Shown in pieces: positions 11,651 to 23,334 of a stretch of DNA of 64,000 bases. The notes under the pieces were generated by a model. That model searched no databases and had not been told where the DNA came from. It was given only the letters and a program-made list of their open reading frames with translations. The DNA is from Rebecca billardiae RCC1528 (lineage: Eukaryota > Protista > Haptophyta), in the NCBI GenBank assembly GCA_965240325.2, contig OZ251233.1, forward strand, positions 2,170,001 to 2,234,000, given 5' to 3'. How positions within the stretch are numbered: position 1 is the stretch's first letter; each line of letters begins with the position of its first letter. Position numbers and translations under genes: made by a program.

Positions 11651-11976
11651 GTCAAAGGGTGAAGAGAGCGACAGGGCCGTGAGGCCCGAGAGCGTGACGA
11701 GGGGGGCGAGGATGCCCCGAGAGACGGAGGTTCGACTGATGCAATGCGAAGCGGTATGAACTGAACGAGCCGGTCACTAGGGGGGCATCCGACAGTCCTA
11801 GGACCGTGTAGGAGGCACTGATAGCCATCAACGGGTAAGTCGTGAAATGAACCATGACGGGAGTAAGTGTGATGCCGACCTGATAATGAGAGTCGGCGTA
11901 TGTGGTGTCCAGTGACGGTTGGTGATCCGGGTGTGTACGCACAGGAGAGCGAGTCCGGTAACGTTGGATCTTGACA
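11650..11976 (-). repeat. 5' LTR of the Copia element
   Basis: 327 bp, matching 8402-8728. Confidence 0.97.
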
Positions 11977-12374
11977 TCGAGTCCGGTGCCCTTGATATTG
12001 ATATTGATCATGCATGAGTCATCCGGAGAGACAGATCAGATGACTCTGTCTGTGAGACTCTGATGATCGAGTGACATGAGTCGATGAGACATTCTGATCG
12101 ATGATGTGACGACTGATGACGTCCGAATTGACGATCACGATATGTCAGCTGTGCATCCGCGACGTCGGACGCGACGAGGCCACGCCAGCGCATGAACGGC
12201 GCATTGCAACGGCCACTACGCGTCAGAATGATGCCGCGCCGGCCTGCCGCGTTAGTTAACTACAACTTATCTGAATAATCAGCGAGCAGGTCGAGGACGA
12301 CTGAAGGCGTGCGCCCGGCCCCGGTCAGTGCCGCCGGCCGCTCACTCAATCTCATGATACTCATAGCAGTAGCA

Positions 12375-12500
<126 letters not shown>

Positions 12501-14555
12501 CAGTAAAGAAATCGATTTTCGGCGTTACCGTAACCCGTCCGCACTTCCGCCCAGTGGGGATGCGCTGGAATTTTTTTCATGCCCCGTTCGCGGCACTTCG
12601 CGCCGCCACAGTGGAGAAAGATCGGGCCGGAAGCCGTTTGAGCATGGTCGGTCGTGCGCACGCCCATTCGAATCGATGGCGCGCTCCGAGCGGCGGGCGT
12701 GCGCGCATGACTGCCGCGAGGGGGGCTGCGAGGCGTCGGCCGGCTTGCCAAGGCGGTTCCCTGGGGCGGCGTCACCCTCCCCCGCCCCTCCTCGCCCACC
12801 CTCGCTCCACGGGCGGCCACACGTGACCTGTTGAGATGAGTTCACGGGGGCCGCGCGGCACGCGCGCGGAGAGGCGAGGAAGTGGTGTTTCGCGGAAAAA
12901 CGTTCTGTAGCATTGTGCCCAACCCATGTGGGCACCCGCTCCACAAGTTTGTACGCTTTCAAACCGCACACAGCGGCCTGAGCAGCTCCCAGACTGAGTT
13001 TCGCTCTTGAAGCCTGTTTTGGGGCCAGATCTTGGTGTGGATGTAGCGCGGCGAGGAGGCGCCGGGCGCGCGCCCGAGCTGCGTGCTGCCACTCGCCATG
13101 ACCCATAGGCATCGTCCGTCGCGAACGACCCGGCTCGCCTCGACCTCTCCGACCCGCCGGGCAGCCACGACCGAGCACGGCACGACAATGGCCAAACCGG
13201 GAGGCTTCTCAGACCGCGTGGGATGGGCATAGGCGCGAGAGAGGGCGCCCAGCGCGCTCTTGAGATGCACAGGAGCACGCACTGATGCGTATGGAACCAT
13301 CCCATCACGATCGCCCCGACCTGGCGCGCCCTATCTGGCCCGTCAGGCTGCCCGCGCCGCCGCCGCCGCGCCACGCCGCCGCCCAGGGCGCCGCCGCACC
13401 GCGGGCACATGGGTAAGTCCGTATTCAACAAATACAGAATTTCCGGTGCGGCCCTCTTTTGGGCGGCAAGGTCGGCCTGGTCGACACCTGCCGCGCGGCA
13501 TGGGCCACGGCGCGGCGAGGTGGCGGCTGGCGCACCGCGGCGTGGGCGGGATGGCTCGAGGACACCACCGCCCCGCCTCCCACGCCGCGCCGTGCGCGTG
13601 CGCCGTGCTCTCGTCGCGTACCGAATTTCCTGCGGTGAGCGACGTCACACAGCGCGACCATGCCATCGCGCGACGAGGTGCGTTCAGCTCGGCGATTTGT
13701 CGTATTTGTTGAATACATGCGGGTACGAATCAGCCGCAAGATCGCCGTCGATGGCGAGACTCGCATCGCCCGAGAGGGCGCGCGCGGCGTGGACTGGCAC
13801 GCGACGCGGAGATGGCTGGCGCGGTGCCGCGGGCGCGCGACTGGTCTAGAACATCCCAATGAAGCGCGGGACGGCGCTGCGCGCCTGTGCTCGCCGCCGT
13901 CTCCTCGCAGTCGAAAATATCTGTGCACCCTTCTGTCTGGCTAGTCGACCGGCCGGCACGCGGCACGCGAGCAGTGTGTGTGGGGAGGAGTGTGACATGG
14001 CAGGCTGTGGCGAGGTGGATGGCCGTGCAGGTCTACGCTAGGAAGGGCCGCTCCCGCGCTCGCGCGGTGCCTCGCGCACGCCTCGTCGAGGACGAGCGTG
14101 TTTGAATGGCTCCGGAGAAGGCTTACGATCGCTCGTTGATGGGCAGCGCGCGACACGTGCACACGACGAAGGTGACGACCAGGCACTCCGGCGAGGGCGG
14201 CTGTGCTGGTAGCAGACTGCATTCGGAGTAAGATGCGCCATCTTACGCGCCGCTTCGCCTCGCTGCATCGCCGCACTGAGCAGCAGGGCTCCACGCTCAC
14301 GAATGGCTCACTCCACGAGCTACGTGACCCGGCCCCGCCGGGCCAGCCGCGTGCAACCCGGCGAGGCAGAGAGGGGCGGAGGGATGGGGAGGCTGGGTGG
14401 GATGTTGCAGTCCCATGCCCGGGGCACTCGCCAGGCGCCTGCGCGACCACCGTAGCGTCGTCTGTGCGCTCGTGCGGCCCGCGCGAGAAATTCCCCGAAA
14501 ATCGGCTCGCGTGTCGGACGGGTTACGGTAACTATAATCCCGTTTTTGTTCACTG
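12501..14555. mobile_element. Non-autonomous TIR element (~2.05 kb) with CAGT...ACTG termini, between TA repeats
   Basis: Imperfect 41-bp TIRs. The perfect 18-bp core GTTACCGTAACCCGTCCG lies at 12524-12541 and inverted at 14515-14532, both 23 bp from the terminal CAGT. TA runs flank both sides. Confidence 0.75.
13421..13716. repeat. 15-bp perfect inverted repeat pair, possibly a nested 296-bp MITE
   Basis: GTATTCAACAAATAC (13421-13435) and GTATTTGTTGAATAC (13702-13716); no TSD seen. Confidence 0.55.
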
Positions 14556-14998
14556 TGTATATATATATACGACGACTCATAGTCATCAGGCATCATGAGC
14601 ACCGGCGCCGTCCGCGGCGCGCCCCGCCGACCCGTCGCCCGATCGCCCCGATCCGATCATTCCGATCCGGCCCGTCGTCTCATTCGTCATTATTCATATC
14701 ATCAGCATGAGCATGCTGATGAGTGATGCCTGCCTGAGGCTGATGGATGCAGGACTTCAGCAGCAACCGATGATGTCATCGATGATGATATACATCATCA
14801 CGACATCAGCACTCAGCAGCCATCATATATCATCAGGATCCGGACTACACTTGACTCATCCGTCATCGTCGTCTCACGACTGCTAGACAGTATAGTAGGC
14901 TGATAGATAGGACTGAGCCTGAGGCTGAGTCACCGCGACTCACGGCTCACCGCGAGTGATGAGCGAGCAGTTCTGAGCCTCACTCTGAACTCGACTGC

Positions 14999-16456
14999 TC
15001 AGAACTCGACTGCGTTCGAGCCGAGCGCGAGGGAAGCGGTGCTGGTGCCGCCCAGCGCCGCGCCCTCGCGCCCACCGGCCGGCGCGCGCACGCTCGCGGC
15101 GGCACCGCCTCCGGGTTGCGCGCCGTGCGGCGCCGGCTGCTGCTGCTGCTGCGCCGGTGGCGGCGCGCCCCAGCCGCCGCCGCCGGGTGTCTCGATGCGC
15201 ACGACGTCGCCGCGCGCGCAGCGCACGCGGTTCTTCCCGCCCAGGCTCACGCACTCGCCGCCGTGCGCGCGCGTGAGCGTGTTGCGCCCGGCCAGCCCGG
15301 GCTCGCCGCCGTGCAAGCCGAACGGTCGCAGCACTCGGCGCTCGCTCAGCACGGTGAGGCTGAGGCCGTCGCGGAGGAGCTCGAGCTCGCGGACGACGCC
15401 GTCGCCGCCACGGTACCGCCCGTCCCCGCCCGAGCCGCGGCGCAGCGTGAACGCCACGACGCGCACCGGGTAGCGCGCCTCGAGCACCTCCACGTCAGTG
15501 ATCCGGGTATTCGTCATGTGGCACTGCACGCCGCTCGCGCCGTGCCACGAGGGGCCTGCGCCGGCGCCGCCCGCGATGGTCTCGTAGTAGCCAAAGGTGC
15601 CATCACCAAACGTGAGATTGTTCATGCAGCCCTGCGAGGCGGCCGCCGCGCCGAGCGCGCGCAGCAGCACGTCGGTCACCCGCTGCGAGGTGAGCACGTT
15701 CCCCGCGCACACCGCGAGCCCGCGCGCGGGCGCCAGCACCGAGCCCTGCCGGTGCAAGATGGTGACTGGCCTGAGGCAGCCGCTGTTGAGCGGGATCTCA
15801 CGGCCGACGAGGCAGCGCAGCACGTACATCGTCGCGGCGGACGAGATCGCGCGCGGCGCGTTCCAGTTGCCCAGCACCTGCGCCCCGCACCCGCGCCAGT
15901 CGCACGTCGCGTCGCCCGTCGCCGCGTCGAGCGTGAGCGCCAGCTCGACGGCCGTGCCGTCGTCCATCCAGTCCGAGGCGCGGACGGTCGTGGCGCCGCC
16001 CGCGGGCGCGCCGAGCGCGAGGGCGCGCTCGCGCACGAGCGCGCGCACAGCGGCCTCGGCGTGCGCCTGCACGTGCGCCATGTACGCGCACAGCGTCGGG
16101 CGCGACACCTCGGCCTCGAGCGCGCGCAGCAGGCTCACCCCTCGCTGGTTGGCCGCCACCTGCGCGCGCAGGTCGGCGACCACGTCGCGCTCGTTTCGGC
16201 AGCCGGCGAGCGGCGGCGCGCCTGGCGGGCGCGGCACGTGCGCGGGCGCGCGGAGCGCGCGCAGCAGCCGCTCCTCGGCGAAGGCGTGGCCCTCGACCAG
16301 CTTGAACGCGCTGAGCAGCGCGCCCTCCTCGACCAGCTCCTGCGAGTCGTGAGGCATCGAGCCCGGCGTGAGGCCGCCAACGTCAGCATGGTGGCCGCGC
16401 GAGGCGACCCAGTAGGCGACTCGCGCGCCGCCGCCGCCGCTGCCGCCGCCGCTGCT

Positions 16457-16490
<34 letters not shown>

Positions 16491-19249
16491 AGGACCGGCG
16501 TGATCACGGTCACGTCGGGCAGGTGCGAGCCGCCCTCCGCCGGGTCGTTCGTCACGAGCACGTCCCCGCGCCCCAGCCGCCCCTCCCACTGCCGCGCCGC
16601 GTGCGCGACCGTGTCCGCCATCGCCCCCAGGTGCACGGGCACGTGCGGCGCGTTGGCGACCAGAGAGCCGTCGGCCGCGAAGAGTGCGCAGGAGAAGTCG
16701 AGGCGCTCCTTGATGTTGACGGAGGTGGCGGTGCGCTGCAGCGTCCGCCCCATCTGCTCGGCGATGCTCATGAACCGGTTCGAGAGCACAGACAGCAGCA
16801 CGGGGTCGGCGGCACCGTCGGGCGCGGCGGAGGCGGCGGCGGCGGGCGCGGCGGCGGCGGCGGCTGCCGACGGCCGCGCGGAGGGCGGCGCGAGCGAGGC
16901 GGGCGGCGGCACGTCGAGCAGCAGGTCGCCCTCCGCCGTGACGGTGGCGACGCATCCCGGCTCGAGCACGCACGTCGACGTGCCCACCACCACCAGCGCC
17001 GGGCCGGGCAGCTTGTGCCCCGCCCTGAGCCGCGCGTGCGTGTACACCGGAGCCGCCGCCCAGCCCGCCTCGCCCCCGGCCGCGGCCGCGGACTCGGCGT
17101 CGAAGTAGACGCGCGTCGTCTCGACGGCGCCGGCGGGCGGGCAGCCGACCTCGGCGGGCGGCGCCTGCTCGATCGGGCAGTCGCGCAGCAGCCCCGTGCG
17201 CCCGAGCGCGCGCACGCGCACGTCGTCCACGCGCACCGCGCGCTCTGGCGCCGCGTCGAAGCCGTACTCGCGCCGAAAGGCGTCGGCGAGCGCGGCCGCG
17301 TAAGCGGCGAGGGGCGGCGGGGCGTCGTCGGTGGCCGGGTCGGGCTGGGGCTGCAGCACCATCAGCGCGTGGTCCGTGCCGTCGTACCGCAGGTTGAGGT
17401 ACCGCTCCACGCGCACGCCCTCCGGCGCGAAGCCCTGCGCGCTCAGCTCGGCGAGCGCGTCCGCCCGCAGCCGCGCGTGCCGGGCAGCGATCTCGTCCGC
17501 GGCGCCGGGCGCGCTCAGCTCGAGCGCGGCCGGCTCGGTGCGCTCGACGATGGTGTCGGCGAGGCCGAGGCCGTACGCGGAGAGGATGCCGCAGTACCGG
17601 TGCACGAACGCGCGCCGGATCCCCAGCGAGCGCGCCAGCGCGCACGCGTGCTGCGGCGCCGCGCCCCCGAAGCACGCCAGCACGTGCTGCGCGGGCGCGA
17701 ACCCGCGCGCCTCTGAGAGCTCGCGCACCGGCCGCGCCATCACTTCGTTCGCCACGCGCACGAAGCCCGCGGCGAGCTGCTCGACGGAGGTGGCGGGGCG
17801 CGCGGGGCGCGCGGGGCGCGCGCGCTTCGTGCGCGCGCCCTCGCCCCCCGCGCCGCCGCCGCCCGCCGACCCCCGCGCCTCCTGCGCCGCGCGCCACTCA
17901 TCGACGCTCGCTGCGAGCCGGCCGAGCGCCGCGCGCGCGCCGTCCGCGTCGAGCGGCTGGTCCTCGGCCGGACCGAAGACGGCGGGGAAGTGGTGCGGGA
18001 GCAGCCGGCCGAGCGCGAGGTTGGCGTCGGTCAGCGCGAGCAGCCCGCCCTCCCGCCGGTAGCACACCGGCCCCGGCACCGCCTTCGCCGACTCCGGCCC
18101 GACGAGCAGCGCGCCGTCTCGAAAGAAGAGCCGGCTGCCCCCGCCCGCGGCGACGGTGTTGATGTCGAGCTGCGGCGCCTGCACGCGCGCGCCGGCGGTC
18201 TCGGTCTCGAAGACGAGCTCGAAGCGGCCGCCGCCCGCGTAGCGCGAGACGTCGGTGGACGTGCCGCCCATGTCGAACCCCAGCACCGCGCCGTCGCCGC
18301 ACGCGCGCGCCGTCGTCGCGCTGAAGCCCACCACGCCGCCCGCCGGCCCCGAGAGGATTGCGCGGCAGCCGCTGAACGCCTGCGCGCGCGCGAGCCCGCC
18401 GTCGGACTGCATGAAGAGGACGCGCGCGGCGCCAGGCGCGGCGTGCGCGCCGAGGTCGAGCGTGCCGGGCACGAACCCGCGCGCGAAGCTCTCGAGGTAC
18501 TGCGCCAGCCGCGGCGTCAGGTACGCGTCGACGCACGCGGTCTGGCCGCGCGGGACCGCGCGAATCATTGGCGCGATCGCCGACGAAAGCGACACGTGCG
18601 TGAAGCCGGCGGCGCGGGCGAGCCGGCCGACCTCGCGCTCGTGCGCGGGGTACGCGTGGGCGTGGAGCAGCGCGACCGCCGCCGAGCGCGCGCCCGTCGC
18701 CGCCGCCGCCTCCAGCGCCGCGCGCGCGCCCTCCACGTCCAGCGGCGTCAGCACCTCCACGCGCTCACCCGTCGTGCCGAGGGCGACGTCCGACGCGGCG
18801 CGCGCGGGCTGCTCGGACGCGCGGAGCACGCGCACGCGCTCGCGCACCTCGACGACGGACTCGTACAGGTTCGACGGGCGCGCCGCGCTCAGGTCGAAGA
18901 TCTGCGGCCGCGCCTGCGTGCCGATCTCGAGCAGGTCGGCAAAGCCGGCGGTCGTGACGAGCACGACGCGCGCGCCCTCGCGCTCGAGCAGCGCGTTGGT
19001 GGCGACGGTGGTGCCCATCCGGATCCACTCGATGCGCGACGCGTCAATCGGCTCGCCGCGCGGGTGCGCCACGCCCGTCACCGCCTCGAGCACGCGCCGG
19101 ATCCCCTCGGTCGGCGCGTCCGCGTAGTTGGCTGGGTCGTCGGAGAGCAGCTTGAGCACCGCCCAGCCGGGCGGCGCGGGGATCTCGGCGTACACGTCGG
19201 TGAAGGTGCCGCCGCGGTCGATGCAGAAGCGGAAGCGCCCGTCCGACAT
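14999..19249 (-). CDS. OPLAH: 5-oxoprolinase (ATP-hydrolysing), eukaryotic fused hydantoinase A+B
   Basis: FCIDRGGTFTD, RMGTTVATNALLER, LSGPAGG, DMGGTSTDV, INTVAAGGGS, NIKERLDFSCA, NAPHVPVHLG, HMTNTRITD and ETPGGGG; likely ATG at 19249 (MSDGRFRF). Confidence 0.97.
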
Positions 19250-19599
19250 GGCGGCGCGCGGTGGGCGCAGGCGGGTGAGCGGCCGAGGCGCCGCGGCGAG
19301 CGCGGTCGCGTTTTCCACCGTCCACGCGGCGACGAAGACGAGCTCCAGCTGCTCACGAGCAACCACGGCGGCCACGCGGGGCCGACCGGCCGAGCGAGGG
19401 GGAGAGTCTGAAATCTGCTGGAAATCGCATGGATCGATTCCTTTGATCGAGCGGACCAGAGCGACCGCGAACTAATAATCACGCTAACCAAGTGTGCACG
19501 TTAAAACATAGTAAACTGTACGACGAAAAGGCGTAACGGCGGCTGTTTTCGTCGTCATACCGGGTATGTATTTTCGCCCAAATTGCGCACCGGGTCTCG

Positions 19600-21387
19600 A
19601 TGCGACGCCGGCTGCTGCTCGCCTTCGCCGCGCTCGCGGCGGCAGCCGCGCGGGGCGAGGGCGTGCGCCGGCGCGCGGACGAGGTGGACACTACGAGCGC
19701 GATCGTCGACGCCGACATCCTCGCCGTCGACGCCCTCGTCCGCGAGATCCTCGCGCACAACGACGCTCGCAAGCTGCGCGCGCTCAGCGCGGCGCTCGAG
19801 CCGTCGCTGCCGCCGATCCTGGGCGCGGCGAACCTGACGTGCGAGCGCACGCACGTTGCGGACGGGGCAGCCAGTGCCGAGCAGCCCAACCCCGCCGAGC
19901 GCCGCCGCCGCCGCTTCGGCTGGCTGCACGGCGCGCAGCCCGGGCGTGAGCCGCTGAGGGCGTACGCGATCGGCGCGGCCGTCGTGATCGCGCTGCTGCT
20001 CTCGACGCTCGCGTTCAGCCCGGTGGGCGCGTGCGTGCGCGGGCTCGTGCGCACGCCGCTGCAGGCGGGCGGGCGCGTGCTCGCCTCCTTCTCCGCCACG
20101 CGCGCGCTGCTCGCCGCCATCCAGCTCGTGCCGCTGCTCGACGTCCTGACTGACCTCAACGCGCTTGTGTACTACTGCGTGCGCGGCTGGCGCGGCTGGG
20201 CGTCGACGTGCGCGGCGGTGCTCTTCCTCAACTGGCGCTTCTCCTTCCTCTACGGCGTGCTGCACCCCAAGCCCACCGCCTCCAAGATCCTCGCGCTGTA
20301 CACGCCGGGCGCGCTGCTCTTCGCGTGGGACCACGTGCTCAGCGCCACCGAGGGCGCGGAGGAGGGCGAGGAAGGCAAGCCGCGTGCGCCGCGCGAAGAG
20401 GAGGAGGAGGAGGAGGAGGACGATGGCGAGCTGCCGCCGAAGAAGGGCTACGGCGCGGGCGGCGGCGCAGGCGGCGGGCACGGCGGCTCGGGCACCGGTG
20501 GCTTTGGCAGCGCCGTCGGCCCGCGCGAGGGCGAAGCGCGCGACGACGACGGCGGCGCGGCCGGCGAGCAGCGGAATGGAGGCGGGGGCAAGCGGCGAGG
20601 CGTGCGATGGCCGCGCATGCACTGCGGCGGGTGCATGCGCGCGGACGACTGGCTCGCGCCCATCCTGCGCCGCCTCCTCGCCGGCCTCGCCGCCGCCGCG
20701 CCCACCAGCCCCGCGCTCCGCGTGCCCTTCGCCCTCGTGTTCGAGTGCGCAATCAGCGCGCTCGCGGTGCCGTGCGGTCTCTACTTCATCGCGCGAGCGT
20801 CGCTGATGCTGGCGGAGGCGCGGCTGCTCGGGTACGCCGACGGCGGCGGCTCGCGCGCGATCAACCGGCGCGTGCTGCACAACAAGGTGCTCACCTTCGT
20901 CGAGGCGACGCTCGAGTCGCTGCCTCAGCTCGCGCTGCAGACGAGCGTCTTCCTCTACGAGGCGGGGCAGCCCGGCGGGATGAGCGTGCGCGCGGCGCGA
21001 GTGTACAAGCTGTCGGCGGCGCTGTCGGCGGCGGGGATGCTCAAGGCGGTGGTCATCTTCGCGCTCGACCGCGAGCGCATCATGCGCGTCCTCGGGCCGC
21101 CGCCCGACCTGGTGGGGATCAGCGCGCAGCTGCTGACGCGCGCGCGGCCCATCGCCGCCCTCGCCGCGCTCGAGCGGACAGAGCAGGCGGCCGGCGCTGG
21201 GGAGGCGGGCAGCCCGCGGGCGGACGCGACCGAGGCGCGGCCGGGGGGAGCGGGCGCGGACGCGGCGGGACGGGGGGACGAGTCGCTGCTCAGCACGGCG
21301 CCGCCCGGCCGAGCGCGCCCGCCGACCGCCAAGTCGAATAGGTCGGCCGCTCGCGCGCCCTCGCAGGAGCTCCGGCTCGAGCCCTGA
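19600..21387 (+). CDS. XK-related multi-pass membrane protein (scramblase family)
   Basis: Signal peptide and TM helices; LDVLTDL and FVEATLESLPQLALQ match the XK E..PQ..LQ signature. Confidence 0.7.
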   Translation: MRRRLLLAFAALAAAAARGEGVRRRADEVDTTSAIVDADILAVDALVREILAHNDARKLRALSAALEPSLPPILGAANLTCERTHVADGAASAEQPNPAERRRRRFGWLHGAQPGREPLRAYAIGAAVVIALLLSTLAFSPVGACVRGLVRTPLQAGGRVLASFSATRALLAAIQLVPLLDVLTDLNALVYYCVRGWRGWASTCAAVLFLNWRFSFLYGVLHPKPTASKILALYTPGALLFAWDHVLSATEGAEEGEEGKPRAPREEEEEEEEDDGELPPKKGYGAGGGAGGGHGGSGTGGFGSAVGPREGEARDDDGGAAGEQRNGGGGKRRGVRWPRMHCGGCMRADDWLAPILRRLLAGLAAAAPTSPALRVPFALVFECAISALAVPCGLYFIARASLMLAEARLLGYADGGGSRAINRRVLHNKVLTFVEATLESLPQLALQTSVFLYEAGQPGGMSVRAARVYKLSAALSAAGMLKAVVIFALDRERIMRVLGPPPDLVGISAQLLTRARPIAALAALERTEQAAGAGEAGSPRADATEARPGGAGADAAGRGDESLLSTAPPGRARPPTAKSNRSAARAPSQELRLEP

Positions 21388-21915
21388 GCGGCCGCGGGTA
21401 CCCGGCCGCGGCGCGTGACGGCACGGGGTCGGGGGGGTCGCGGCCGGCGGGCAAATTGGCGCTGCTTGGCTGCCAACTTTAGGCGGCGCGGGGCGTCGCA
21501 TCGGACACTCGGCTCGCCCGGCGGCAGGGGAGCTGTATCCGGGACCCGTAGTGCCCGCGAATGCTGGGCGCTGCCTGCCACTGACGGTTGCGGGTTGTCG
21601 TCTACTGTAATCCGCGCGCGATGATCATAATATAGCTGCTGCTAGTCATCATTAGTGACTAATAATAAGTTATTACGTTTCGAAGCCCCGCGTAGCAACT
21701 CAATAAGCAAGTCTACGAAGTCCAATACCCGGGAGCGGACCCGACTGACACGGACCAGCGCGCACTGAATGATTGAGTAAGTGAACTGTCGCAAGTGATG
21801 CTCTCGTCCGAACTGAAGACTCCTCGAGTCCGAACGGTCGGTCTCTCTCTCTCTCGCTCTCTCTATATGTATATGCGACCAAATGGCAACACTGTCACTG
21901 ACGCTAGTCACGTAT

Positions 21916-21918
<3 letters not shown>

Positions 21919-21990
<72 letters not shown>
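21919..21990. repeat. (TA)n(TG)n compound microsatellite
   Basis: Direct reading. Confidence 0.95.
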
Positions 21991-21992
<2 letters not shown>

Positions 21993-22123
21993 TAATGGAC
22001 GGTAGTACGAGCTGCAGTACGACCCCATTATAATAATTATAAGCTACACTTGGCGGTAGCTTACTCTGCTTAGTAGTTAGTAAGCTAGTACAATACGTAG
22101 CTCATCGGACGTCGGCCAGCGCA

Positions 22124-22903
22124 ATGGCTGTCGGCCCCGCTCTGCGCGATTCGCTGTGGGCTCGAGCTGCGAGCAGCGTGGTTGCCGCGCTGCTCGCAGC
22201 GCCGATGACCTGGCTGCAGCCCCTCCCCGTGCACGCAGCCCCGGATGAGGTCGTCCGCGTGCTCGACCAGAACACTGTCAAGCTCAAGCGCGCCGGCGTC
22301 ACGCGGCTGGCGGGCATGAGCACGCCAACGCTGAACCTCCCTGAGTGTTTCTCGTTTGCGCCGAGCTCGCACCTGCGGCGAGAGCTGCCGCCGCGCACGC
22401 GCGTCGAGGTCGATATCGAGCCATCGCCGGGCACGCCCAAGCGCGCCTTCGTCACGCGCACGGCGCCCGACGGCCTCTCGGTCAACGAGAGGCTCGTGGC
22501 CGGTGGCTGGGCCAAGGCGGTCGGTGGCGGGAGCGGCGGCGACGAGCGGTACGCGTCGATGCGCAAGCTGCAGCGCGCCGCGCAGGCCGCACACATGGGC
22601 GTCTGGATGGCCTGCGACGCGCGCGAAACCGTCGTCGCGCGCTACGACGAGCTCGGCCCCCCGGCGTCCGAGCCCGCCCCGATCGAGGTGCGCACCCGGT
22701 GTGGCGAGTACCGCTACTTTGAGGATGCGAAGAGGGCGTTCGACGCGGACCCCGTCGGCCTGAGCCGGCTCGACTCGGACGGGGATGGCGTGCCGTGCGC
22801 GGGGCTGCCGCACCGCCCCGAGCTCGAGAGGCGGCAGCTCAAAACGCCGACCAGTCCGGCTCAGCAGACGACGCCCGGCAGTGGTGCCGCTGCCCAGCGC
22901 TGA
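22124..22903 (+). CDS. Thermonuclease (SNase)-like domain plus C-terminal Excalibur Ca2+-binding domain
   Basis: VVRVLDQNTVKL, RLAGMSTP, SVNERLVAGGWAK and LQRAAQAAHMGVW (SNase fold); CGEYRYFEDAKRAF...LDSDGDGVPC (Excalibur DxDxDG..C); N-terminal hydrophobic stretch ending VHA. Confidence 0.8.
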   Translation: MAVGPALRDSLWARAASSVVAALLAAPMTWLQPLPVHAAPDEVVRVLDQNTVKLKRAGVTRLAGMSTPTLNLPECFSFAPSSHLRRELPPRTRVEVDIEPSPGTPKRAFVTRTAPDGLSVNERLVAGGWAKAVGGGSGGDERYASMRKLQRAAQAAHMGVWMACDARETVVARYDELGPPASEPAPIEVRTRCGEYRYFEDAKRAFDADPVGLSRLDSDGDGVPCAGLPHRPELERRQLKTPTSPAQQTTPGSGAAAQR

Positions 22904-23334
22904 CACCACACGGAACACCCGCAGCTGCCACAGCCAAGCGGCTGACAATAATCGATGGGCCGGGTGGCGACATCTGGGGCACACATTACCGGTCGAGCAC
23001 AGCCGCTGCCGACTGGCGACTTCCCGCGCGAGGAGCGTGGACCCGCAGGTCCGACTGATATGAAGCCGGTGCGGGCCCGAGTCCGCGGGACTGTGACACT
23101 GCTGACAGAATAAGTGAAAGTCTCCGGAGTGCGCGTGAATACTGACGATATATGTGTCAGCAAGTCGTCGGCCCCGCAGGCGCGGCGGCCCCGTCGCCGG
23201 CGACGTCGTCAGGCCACAGGCATGTGCAGGGCGGCCGCGCGGTCCGGCCGTCCGCCGCGGGCGGCGGCGCTGGCGGACGATCTGCTGACCGTCACCGCCG
23301 TGACGACGACGATGTGACGACGACCGGACGACTA

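Larger units (their letters stand above)
8402..11976 (-). mobile_element. Ty1/Copia LTR retrotransposon, internally deleted (3575 bp)
   Basis: Two 327-bp TG...CA LTRs, a 5-bp TSD TCGAG (8397-8401 and 11977-11981), PBS and PPT, and Copia-type RT/RNase H. Confidence 0.97.

Noticed and set aside
8995-12015. 1006-aa ORF running from flanking DNA through the 5' LTR into RT
   Set aside because: The N-terminal part translates LTR sequence and an off-frame of gag (Ser/Arg-rich). Only the part below ~11170 is real pol, and the ATG lies outside the element.
21650-21845. Solo-LTR-like AT-rich segment
   Set aside because: No clear TG...CA boundaries or TSD.
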